Below are positions 1 to 7,954 of a stretch of DNA of 64,000 nucleotides, one piece after another. The translations under genes were made by a program, and so were the position numbers. Source of the DNA: Vescimonas coprocola (GTDB lineage Bacteria; Bacillota_I; Bacilli_A; RF39; UBA660); contig CAVKYE010000002.1 in assembly GCA_963660615.1 (NCBI GenBank), positions 24,073-88,072 of the forward strand, read 5' to 3'. The stretch's first letter is position 1. Every line of letters begins with the position of its first letter. The notes beneath the pieces are model-generated. The model saw nothing but the letters and a program-made list of their open reading frames with translations. It was not told where the DNA came from and made no database searches.

Positions 1-240
1 TCAATAATCGGAATAAAACCAGAAACCATGCTCCACGCCCTAGAAGAAGATGAAATATACATATCAACCCAAAGTGCCTGCGCAACCCAAAGTACATCAA
101 AATCAGTACTCGCCATAACTCAAAATAAAGACAAAGCCAAAACAAGTATAAGAATAAGCTTATCAAAATATACCACAAAAAAAGACCTAGAAACTTTCCT
201 AAAAAGTTTCGATAAAAACTATAAAAAACTAACAAGATAG
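1..240 (+). CDS. cysteine desulfurase (class V aminotransferase, NifS/IscS-like), C-terminal fragment entering from upstream of the window
   Basis: The frame is open from base 1; the ORF track only reports it from the internal Met at 28. The tail ...YISTQSACA...TSIRISLSKYTTKKDLETF resembles the active-site Cys loop and C-terminus of NifS/IscS-type desulfurases. Motif recall only. Confidence 0.55.
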   Translation, partial: SIIGIKPETMLHALEEDEIYISTQSACATQSTSKSVLAITQNKDKAKTSIRISLSKYTTKKDLETFLKSFDKNYKKLTR

Positions 241-254
241 AAAGTAGGTAACAA

Positions 255-734
255 ATGAGAATCGATAAAATAAACTATTATCTAGACATAGCCGAAACAA
301 TATTAGAAAGAGGAACCTGTCTAAGAAGAAACTATGGAGCCGTAATTGTCAAAAACGACGAAATAATATCAACTGGCTACACAGGCTCACCAAGAGGAAG
401 AGCCAACTGCATAGACCTAAAGCACTGCACTAGAGAAGAGTTAAAAATCCCAAGCGGCCAAAGATACGAGCTATGTAGAAGTGTTCACGCCGAACAAAAT
501 GCCATCATATCCGCTTCAAGAAACCAGTTAATTGGAAGTACGCTTTACCTAACCGGAAAAGAAGCCAAAACAAATAAATACGTTCAAAATGCCACGCCTT
601 GTGAACTATGCAAAAGATTCATCCTAAATGCTGGCATAAAAGAAATAATAATCAGAGATACCAAAGAAAAATATAGAATAATAAATACAAAAGAATACAT
701 AATAAATGATGATACCATAGGAGTAAAACTATGA
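255..734 (+). CDS. comEB: dCMP deaminase (ComEB-type deoxycytidylate deaminase)
   Basis: 159 aa with the zinc-binding deaminase motifs HAEQNAI and PCELCKRFI. Size and spacing fit dCMP deaminase. Confidence 0.85.
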   Translation: MRIDKINYYLDIAETILERGTCLRRNYGAVIVKNDEIISTGYTGSPRGRANCIDLKHCTREELKIPSGQRYELCRSVHAEQNAIISASRNQLIGSTLYLTGKEAKTNKYVQNATPCELCKRFILNAGIKEIIIRDTKEKYRIINTKEYIINDDTIGVKL

Positions 735-1816
735 AAAACAAAATAATATTACTTTTAATAAGCGTATTTATTCTTTTAATTCCCCATAACGCTAAAGCAA
801 GCGAAGTCACCGTAAACATTTTCTATGGTAAAGAATGCCCATACTGCGAAAAAGAAATGAAATATCTAGACGTCCTAAAAAAACAATACAAAGACAATAT
901 AACCATCAAAAAATACGAAGTATGGCACAATAAAGAGAATAACAAGCTCCTAGAAAAAGTCAGAAAAGAGCTTAAAAATAACGAAACAGGAGTCCCATAC
1001 ACCATAATAGGAACAAAAGATCTAACTGGTTATAATACGCAAACCAAAGAAGAAATAAAAAAACTAATAGATCAAAACCTAAAACAAAAAGAAATTGACG
1101 TAACAAGCTACATCAAAGAAAATAAAACCATCCCAAATAAAAAAATAGAAGAAAACCAAAATATAAATCTAGCTGGATTTAACTTAAATATAAAAGACAC
1201 ACCAACACCACTAATCGCCGCCATATTAGGTTTCTTAGATAGCCTAAGCCTATCATCAATATGGATTTTACTATTTATAATAAGCATTTTATTAATCATA
1301 GGCAAAAAACATGTACCATTTTTCGCCATTCCATTCATAATTGCTCAAATAATAACCTATATAATTTTAATCACTACGCATCCTGAATTAAGCGAATTAA
1401 GTCTATTAATCCTAAGAAGTCTAATTGCTCTAATTGCCATATTTATAGCCGCCATTACCTTAAACAAATATCTAGATGGTAAAGAAATCAAACTAATTTT
1501 AGAATTAAAAGAAAAACTAAAAAATAAAAAAATCCTTATAATATCATCATTTATTTTAGGCTTAATAATAACCCTAATTCAAATATCATATGTAGATGTA
1601 AACCTTTTTAAAACTATACTAGAAATAAAAAATACCCAAACATTAGAGTATATCTTTAATATGTTTATATACATCATATTCTTTATCTTAATAGATATCA
1701 TCTTTACAATAATACTTTCAAAAACAAAAAACAAAAACTATCTAATATCTGGAATAATCTTATTAATATTAGGTGCTGTATTAATATTAAAACCAGAATG
1801 GTTAATGTTCATATAA
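731..1816 (+). CDS. membrane protein with N-terminal thioredoxin/glutaredoxin-like domain
   Basis: Signal/TM segment, then a CPYC redox motif (GKECPYCEKEMKYL), then about six hydrophobic helices. ATGA start/stop overlap with comEB. Confidence 0.6.
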   Translation: MKNKIILLLISVFILLIPHNAKASEVTVNIFYGKECPYCEKEMKYLDVLKKQYKDNITIKKYEVWHNKENNKLLEKVRKELKNNETGVPYTIIGTKDLTGYNTQTKEEIKKLIDQNLKQKEIDVTSYIKENKTIPNKKIEENQNINLAGFNLNIKDTPTPLIAAILGFLDSLSLSSIWILLFIISILLIIGKKHVPFFAIPFIIAQIITYIILITTHPELSELSLLILRSLIALIAIFIAAITLNKYLDGKEIKLILELKEKLKNKKILIISSFILGLIITLIQISYVDVNLFKTILEIKNTQTLEYIFNMFIYIIFFILIDIIFTIILSKTKNKNYLISGIILLILGAVLILKPEWLMFI

Positions 1817-1837
1817 AAGTCTACAAAAGACTTTTTT
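1815..1837 (+). terminator. intrinsic terminator
   Basis: Stem aaaagtct / agactttt with a 5-nt loop, followed by a T run immediately after the stop codon. Confidence 0.6.
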
Positions 1838-1887
1838 GTATAAAATAAAAAAAATTATCCATATTATAGTTAGAAAGGTAGGATAGT

Positions 1888-2448
1888 ATGGAAAAAAAAG
1901 ATAATACAAGCATGATTATTATAATAGTTATAATCGTTGTAATTATAATCGCCTTAGCAGGTTACTTCGTCATGACAGGAACCCAAAACAAACAAAATCA
2001 AACAACACCAAACGTAAATGACAACACAGAAATAGATAACACAACTAGAAACGAAGAAACAAACGTTGCAGGTTCATATAGTGGTACATTAGAAAAAGAT
2101 GAATCACTAGTAGAAGATGCCAAAGACGCCGTAACCGGTGAAGACGATAAAACAGGCACAATCGAACTATATCTAGATAGCACAAGCACGGCTCAAATTG
2201 CCATAAATGAAGATGTTATCGATGGAACTTACACCGTAGATTCAAAAAAAATAACCGTTGTAACAAACAACACAAACACAAATGCTGGCACAACTAATAA
2301 TACAGATAACAACGAAACAAAAAACACAACCACATCCGCAACCTATGAATTTACCATAAATGATGATGATACACTAGAATATTCCGATGACGATCAAAAA
2401 GCAACACTTAAGAAAACAGAAAAAGCAAACTTAAAGTACATAAAATAA
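1888..2448 (+). CDS. hypothetical membrane-anchored N/T/D-rich protein
   Basis: One N-terminal TM helix (IIIIVIIVVIIIALAGYFV) followed by a low-complexity soluble region. SD-like aaaggtagg upstream. No family recognised. Confidence 0.45.
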   Translation: MEKKDNTSMIIIIVIIVVIIIALAGYFVMTGTQNKQNQTTPNVNDNTEIDNTTRNEETNVAGSYSGTLEKDESLVEDAKDAVTGEDDKTGTIELYLDSTSTAQIAINEDVIDGTYTVDSKKITVVTNNTNTNAGTTNNTDNNETKNTTTSATYEFTINDDDTLEYSDDDQKATLKKTEKANLKYIK

Positions 2449-2472
2449 ACCATTTCATCCGAAATGGTTTTT
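2448..2472 (+). terminator. intrinsic terminator
   Basis: Stem aaccatttc / gaaatggtt with loop atcc, then TTT. Confidence 0.65.
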
Positions 2473-2532
2473 AAGTAAAAAAATCACTAGATTTTATCCC
2501 AAAATTAATATATAATGAATATGGTGATAAAA

Positions 2533-3840
2533 ATGTTTGAAAACTTAGGAGATAGACTCCAAAATGCAATGAATAAAATAAAAGGATATGGAAAAATAAC
2601 CGAAGATAATATAAGTGAAGTAACAAGAGAAATACGTCTTGCCCTTCTAGAAGCCGATGTCAACTACAAAGTAGTAAAACAGTTCATCGCAAACGTCAAA
2701 GAAAAAGCCTTAGGAGAAGAAGTTAAAAAGAGCCTAAAACCAGGTGAAGTATTCGTAAAAATAGTTAGAGATGAACTAATTGAATTACTAGGAAAAGAAG
2801 ATGAGCCATTAATAATCATAAAACCAATGACAATCCTCATGATGACTGGACTTCAAGGTAGTGGTAAAACAACAACAACTGGAAAACTAGCAAGACTAGT
2901 CAGAAAAAAATATGGACTAAAACCATTAATGGTAGCCTGCGACGTATATAGACCAGCCGCCATCGACCAATTAAAACAATTAGGAAAAGAACTAAACATC
3001 GAAGTATATGAAGAAGGGAAAAAAGACCCAGTCGAAATAGCTAAAAACGCTATTGAATATGCCAAAGAAAAGGGCTATAACTACGTCATGATAGACACCG
3101 CCGGAAGACTTCACATAGATGAAGAATTAATGAACGAATTAAAGCAAATAAATGAAGAAGTAAAACCAAACGAAATCCTATTAGTAGTAGACAGTATGAC
3201 CGGACAAGACGCCGTAAACGTCATAGAAGGATTTAACGAAGCCCTACCACTAACCGGAGCCGTTTTAACAAAACTAGACGGAGACACCAAAGGTGGAGCC
3301 GCCCTATCAATAAGACAACTTACAAACATTCCAATAAAATTCATAGGAACAAGCGAAAAAATGGATGGGCTAGAACCATTCAGACCAAAAAGCATGGCAA
3401 ATAGAATCCTAGATATGGGAGACTTAATGAGTATAGCCGACAAAGCCGAAAGCCTTCTAGATGATGAAGAAACCCTAAAAGCCGCCGAAAAAATGAGCAA
3501 AGGAAAATTCAATCTAGAAGACTTCCTAACCCAATTAAACCAAATAAAAAAACTAGGACCACTAGAAAACATCATAAAAATGCTACCAGGAGCTAGAAAA
3601 ATGGGACTAAACAACATAAACATAGACCCCAAACAAATGGCTCACATTGAAGCCATCATCCTATCAATGACCCCACAAGAAAGAAAAAATCCAGATATCC
3701 TAAAAGCAAATAGAAAAAAAAGAATAGCCAAAGGATCTGGAAGAAGTGTTGAAGAAGTAAATAGACTACTAAAACAATTCGAACAAATGAAACAAATGAT
3801 GAAAAACTTTAAAAACGGAAATCTCAAACTACCATTTTAA
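2533..3840 (+). CDS. ffh: signal recognition particle protein Ffh
   Basis: GTPase motifs GLQGSGKTTTTGKLA, DTAGR and TKLDGD, plus a Met-rich M domain. Start placed at the third ATG (MFENLGDRL), which follows a GGTGAT Shine-Dalgarno. Confidence 0.97.
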   Translation: MFENLGDRLQNAMNKIKGYGKITEDNISEVTREIRLALLEADVNYKVVKQFIANVKEKALGEEVKKSLKPGEVFVKIVRDELIELLGKEDEPLIIIKPMTILMMTGLQGSGKTTTTGKLARLVRKKYGLKPLMVACDVYRPAAIDQLKQLGKELNIEVYEEGKKDPVEIAKNAIEYAKEKGYNYVMIDTAGRLHIDEELMNELKQINEEVKPNEILLVVDSMTGQDAVNVIEGFNEALPLTGAVLTKLDGDTKGGAALSIRQLTNIPIKFIGTSEKMDGLEPFRPKSMANRILDMGDLMSIADKAESLLDDEETLKAAEKMSKGKFNLEDFLTQLNQIKKLGPLENIIKMLPGARKMGLNNINIDPKQMAHIEAIILSMTPQERKNPDILKANRKKRIAKGSGRSVEEVNRLLKQFEQMKQMMKNFKNGNLKLPF

Positions 3841-3852
3841 AAACATTCAAGG

Positions 3853-3875
3853 CTAACTAAACAGTTAGTTTTTTC
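3853..3875 (+). terminator. intrinsic terminator
   Basis: Stem ctaact / agttag with loop aaac, then TTTTTTC. Confidence 0.6.
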
Positions 3876-3957
3876 TCTATTCAAAATCCAAATAATTTGT
3901 TAAAATATATTTAATCCTCATTTAAGAAAAAAATATTAAAATGAAATCGGTGATAAA

Positions 3958-4632
3958 ATGAAAATATTAATAATCGAAGACGAAATAAGCCTATCAGACA
4001 TAATAAAAGAAAGACTAAAAAAAGAATCATTCCAAGTAGATACAGAAACAGATGGACTAGAAGGCTACTATAAAGCAAGCACAAATATTTACGACCTAAT
4101 CATATTAGACGTCATGCTTCCAAAAATGAATGGTTTTCAAATTCTAAAAAAGTTAAGAGAAGAAAAAATAAACAGCAAAATAATTATGCTAACAGCCCGC
4201 TCATTAATAGAAGACAAACTAAACGGCCTAGAAAATGGAGCCGATGACTACCTAACCAAACCATTTCACATAGACGAACTAGTAGCCAGAATAAAACTAA
4301 GATTAAAACTAGAAAACAAAGATACCTTAACCTATAAAGATATAAGTTTAAATACCAAAACAAAAACACTAACATGTATAAAAACAAACCAAACCGTCTG
4401 CCTAGTTCGTAAAGAATTTCTGTTAATCGAATGTTTTCTAAATAATCAAAACCAAATCATCACCAAAGAATACCTATACGATAGAGTATGGGGACTAGAA
4501 AACGAAATAGAATCAAACAACCTAGAAGTATATCTATCATTTATAAGAAAAAAACTAAAAGCCACAGGCTCAAAAGTAAACATCAAATCAGCAAGAGGAC
4601 TAGGCTATAAAATGGAGTACAAAAATGAATAA
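3958..4632 (+). CDS. OmpR/PhoB-family response regulator
   Basis: Receiver domain (ILIIEDE, DLIILDVMLPKMNG, TKPF) plus a winged-helix output domain (ARGLGYK). Confidence 0.9.
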   Translation: MKILIIEDEISLSDIIKERLKKESFQVDTETDGLEGYYKASTNIYDLIILDVMLPKMNGFQILKKLREEKINSKIIMLTARSLIEDKLNGLENGADDYLTKPFHIDELVARIKLRLKLENKDTLTYKDISLNTKTKTLTCIKTNQTVCLVRKEFLLIECFLNNQNQIITKEYLYDRVWGLENEIESNNLEVYLSFIRKKLKATGSKVNIKSARGLGYKMEYKNE

Positions 4633-5827
4633 ACTAAAAAAACAAATATTTCTAACAATTTATCTTTCCCTTACCATAAGCCTTTTAAGCATCATCATAG
4701 TCTTTACAGTCCAAAATTACATCCAAAATTATAACACAATCAAAAACACTTTAAACATAAATCACGAAAAGCAAAACATAAATCCAAAAGAAACACCAAA
4801 AGAAAACCCGCAAAACATCAAATTCGTAGACACCATAATGTATACCGCACTGCTAGATGAAAATAACAACATAAAAGATATAATAAACCATTCCAATAAC
4901 CAAATAACCACCGAAGAAATAAAAGAAATAGCCACCAAAATCCTAAACAATCAAAAAGAAAATAAAATTCACATCGGATTTCTCTACATAGAAACATATT
5001 CATATAACTATAATAAAAATAATGAACTAATAATACTTGATAACACAGCCACCACAAAAAGTCTCATTTTGTCCCTATACCTATCCATAATAATATTTAT
5101 AATATTAGAAATAATCATAATCATAATTTCTAAATACATAACAAAAAAAATAGTAACCCCCGTAAAAGACTCTTTCGAAAAACAAAAACAATTCATAACA
5201 GATGCTTCTCACGAACTAAAAACCCCACTATCAGTAATCATTGCAAGTGCCGATGCCGAAGAAGAAAACAAAGGAAAAACAAAATGGCTCCAAAACATAA
5301 AATACGAATCAGATAGAATGAATAACCTCATAACAGACCTATTAGAACTATCAAATAGTGAAATAAAAAACAAACCAAAAAAAGAACAAAACCTTTCAAA
5401 AATAACCGAGCTATCTGTTCTTGCCTTAGAAGCAAAAGCCTACGAAGAAAACGTCATCTTAGAATATAACATCAAAGAAAACATAAACCTAAATCTAGAC
5501 GAAAGCAGTATAAAACAACTAATCGAAATATTACTAGATAACGCCATAAAACATTCATATAAAAATAATAAAATAACAATAAACCTAGAAGAAAACGAAA
5601 AATATATAACCCTATCAGTACAAAATAAAGGAAAACCAATCCCCCAAGGCGAAGAAGAAAAAATATTCTATAGATTCTATAGAGTAGACAAATCAAGAGA
5701 CAGAAAAGAAAATAGATATGGCCTAGGACTTGCCATTGCCAAAAACATCGTTCAAAACCATAACGGAACAATAAGTGCTACCTCAAAAAACGAAACAACC
5801 ACCTTTAAAGTTTTATTCAAAAAATAA
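4625..5827 (+). CDS. sensor histidine kinase
   Basis: Two TM segments, H-box SHELKTPLS, N-box LLDNAIKHS and a G-box region GLGLAIAKNIV. Overlaps the regulator by 8 nt. Confidence 0.9.
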   Translation: MNKLKKQIFLTIYLSLTISLLSIIIVFTVQNYIQNYNTIKNTLNINHEKQNINPKETPKENPQNIKFVDTIMYTALLDENNNIKDIINHSNNQITTEEIKEIATKILNNQKENKIHIGFLYIETYSYNYNKNNELIILDNTATTKSLILSLYLSIIIFIILEIIIIIISKYITKKIVTPVKDSFEKQKQFITDASHELKTPLSVIIASADAEEENKGKTKWLQNIKYESDRMNNLITDLLELSNSEIKNKPKKEQNLSKITELSVLALEAKAYEENVILEYNIKENINLNLDESSIKQLIEILLDNAIKHSYKNNKITINLEENEKYITLSVQNKGKPIPQGEEEKIFYRFYRVDKSRDRKENRYGLGLAIAKNIVQNHNGTISATSKNETTTFKVLFKK

Positions 5828-5944
5828 AACTTTTTTAATATTTATTTAAGAAAAATATTATATTATTAATACGAAAGGAGGAAATCCTAGAAAAAATGTA
5901 AAAAAATCAAAAAATATGCAATAATAAAAAAGGAGAGTGAAAAA

Positions 5945-7753
5945 ATGAAAAGAAGCATAAAAAACATAATAATGATATCAATAGCAGTATTAACCATCAT
6001 CGGCATAATAGTAACCATGCATTTTGCCCAAAATAGTAGTGTAAGTACACAAATTTCAAGCACCACCCAAAACAGCGAGACACCACAAATGCCAAACGAT
6101 CAAAATAATAATTCAAGTAATAATCAAAACACACCACCAGAAAAACCAGACAATAATTCATCAAACAATAACCAAAACACTCCACCAGAAAAACCAGAAG
6201 ATAATTCATCAAACGATACTCAAAACAATAATCAAACAACCACAAACGACAATTCAGCAAGCACGCAAAATAATGCACCAAACATGCAAGGACAAGACAA
6301 TATGCAAACACAAATGCCAAATAGTACAAACACACTAGGTCTAGTTTATTACATATTATACATAACCGAAGGGCTAATAATTTCGGTAATCATAATGTAT
6401 CTAATAATGTCAAAATTTAATAAAAAAACATTCAAAGAAACCTTTGAAAACAAAGACAAAATAATTATAAGCATCCTTTCAATAATAATACTAACCACCA
6501 TCATAAGTTATACAAACATAAAACTAACCCAAGCCAAAACAAATACCCCAAGCCAAACCGCCCAAGTAACATATAGCGCCCAAGAAGAAATAACCGAAAA
6601 TACAAAATTATCAAATAAAACATATACATCAAAAAAAGCCGATGAAAACGCCATATTAGTAACCAACAACACATCCACCTTATCAAATATAACTGTAACA
6701 AAAAAAGGAAATTCAAATAGCGGAGATAACAGCAATTTCTACGGAAATAACTCCGCTATTTTAGCAAAAGATAAAGCCATTTTAACTTTAAAAAACATAA
6801 ATGTAATAACCAAAGCAAACGGCGCTAACGGAGTATTTTGTTATGGTGGAAGTGCCACAACCACAAACACATCTTCAGACGGAACCACTATAAATATAAA
6901 AAACTCAAAAATAAAAACAACAGGTGATAATGCCGGCGGAATAATGACAACAGGTGGAGGTATAACAAATGCCACAAATCTAACAATAACAACCGAAGGA
7001 ACCTCTTCAGCCGCCATTAGAACAGATAGAGGAGGCGGAACCGTAAACGTAAACAAAGGAACATACGAAACCAAAGGACAAGGATCACCAGCCATCTATT
7101 CAACCGCAAACATCACCGTAAAAAATGCCACCCTAAAAGCAACAGCATCAGAAGGCGTTGTCATAGAAGGAAAAAACAAAGTAAACCTAAATAATGTAAC
7201 CCTAACAGACACTAATAACAAATTAAATGGAAAATCAACCACCTATAAGAACATCTTCATATATCAATCAATGAGTGGAGATGCCGATGAAGGAACCGCC
7301 ACATTCACAACAAAAGACTCAAAAATAACCACAAACAAAGGAGATACCTTATATGTAACAAATACCAAAGCCAAAATAACCCTAGAAAACAACACCATTA
7401 CAAATAATGACAAAACAAGTTCATTCCTAAGAATTCAAAAAGATTCATGGGGAAATGAAGGACAAAACGGTGGTGATGTCACCCTAACCCTAAAAAATCA
7501 AAAAGTAAACGGAAACATCGTAGTAGATAGCATATCAACCCTAAACATGAAACTAAAAAACAACTCATACTATGAAGGTGCTATAAACGAAGATAAAACC
7601 GCCAAAAGCATCAAACTAGCCCTAGACAAAACATCAAAAATAAAACTAACAAAAGATAGTTACGTTACAAGTCTAACCAATGAAGACGAAAGTTATAGCA
7701 ACATAGACTTTAATGGATATAAATTATATGTAAATGGTAAAGCCATAAACTAA
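5945..7753 (+). CDS. membrane-anchored beta-helix repeat surface protein
   Basis: N-terminal TM, an N/Q/S/P low-complexity linker and a second TM. Then G/T/N-rich repeats (TTGDNAGGIMTTGGGITNATNLTITTEGTSSAAI...) typical of right-handed parallel beta-helix proteins. Confidence 0.55.
   Translation: MKRSIKNIIMISIAVLTIIGIIVTMHFAQNSSVSTQISSTTQNSETPQMPNDQNNNSSNNQNTPPEKPDNNSSNNNQNTPPEKPEDNSSNDTQNNNQTTTNDNSASTQNNAPNMQGQDNMQTQMPNSTNTLGLVYYILYITEGLIISVIIMYLIMSKFNKKTFKETFENKDKIIISILSIIILTTIISYTNIKLTQAKTNTPSQTAQVTYSAQEEITENTKLSNKTYTSKKADENAILVTNNTSTLSNITVTKKGNSNSGDNSNFYGNNSAILAKDKAILTLKNINVITKANGANGVFCYGGSATTTNTSSDGTTINIKNSKIKTTGDNAGGIMTTGGGITNATNLTITTEGTSSAAIRTDRGGGTVNVNKGTYETKGQGSPAIYSTANITVKNATLKATASEGVVIEGKNKVNLNNVTLTDTNNKLNGKSTTYKNIFIYQSMSGDADEGTATFTTKDSKITTNKGDTLYVTNTKAKITLENNTITNNDKTSSFLRIQKDSWGNEGQNGGDVTLTLKNQKVNGNIVVDSISTLNMKLKNNSYYEGAINEDKTAKSIKLALDKTSKIKLTKDSYVTSLTNEDESYSNIDFNGYKLYVNGKAIN
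6107..6214 (+). repeat. in-frame imperfect tandem repeat (45/48-nt units)
   Basis: Units 6107-6151 (NNSSNNQNTPPEKPD) and 6152-6199 (NNSSNNNQNTPPEKPE), plus a partial third unit. Confidence 0.6.
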
Positions 7754-7782
7754 AAGAGTATAGAAAAAACTATACTCTTTTT
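7753..7782 (+). terminator. intrinsic terminator
   Basis: Stem aaagagtatag / ctatactcttt with loop aaaaaa, then a T run. Confidence 0.7.
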
Positions 7783-7920
7783 ATACCGTTATGATTTTAT
7801 CAAAATAATAAAAATTTACAAAAATAACTACATAATCCCAATAACATCAGTTATAAATCATAAAAAATGACTTTCAAAAGTCTCAAACAATCATAACCGA
7901 TTGTTTTTTAAGGCTTTTTT

Positions 7921-7929
7921 TGATATAAT
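7921..7929 (+). promoter_or_regulatory. extended -10 promoter element (TGaTATAAT) upstream of smc
   Basis: tgatataat lies 26 nt upstream of the smc ATG. The same motif recurs upstream of many genes here. Confidence 0.5.
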
Positions 7930-7954
7930 TAAAAAAGTGTAAGGTGGTAAAAGT

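Noticed and set aside
3111-3632. Long antisense ORFs opposite clear genes. Examples: 3111-3632, 8293-8802, 10471-11067, 12810-13259, 35398-35859, 37099-37650, 38754-39311, 44921-45352 and 50105-50512.
   Set aside because: The host coding strand is so A-rich that its complement is T-rich and almost free of stop codons. The translations are low-complexity (F/L/S/I-rich), lack SDs and lie opposite genes with strong family motifs.
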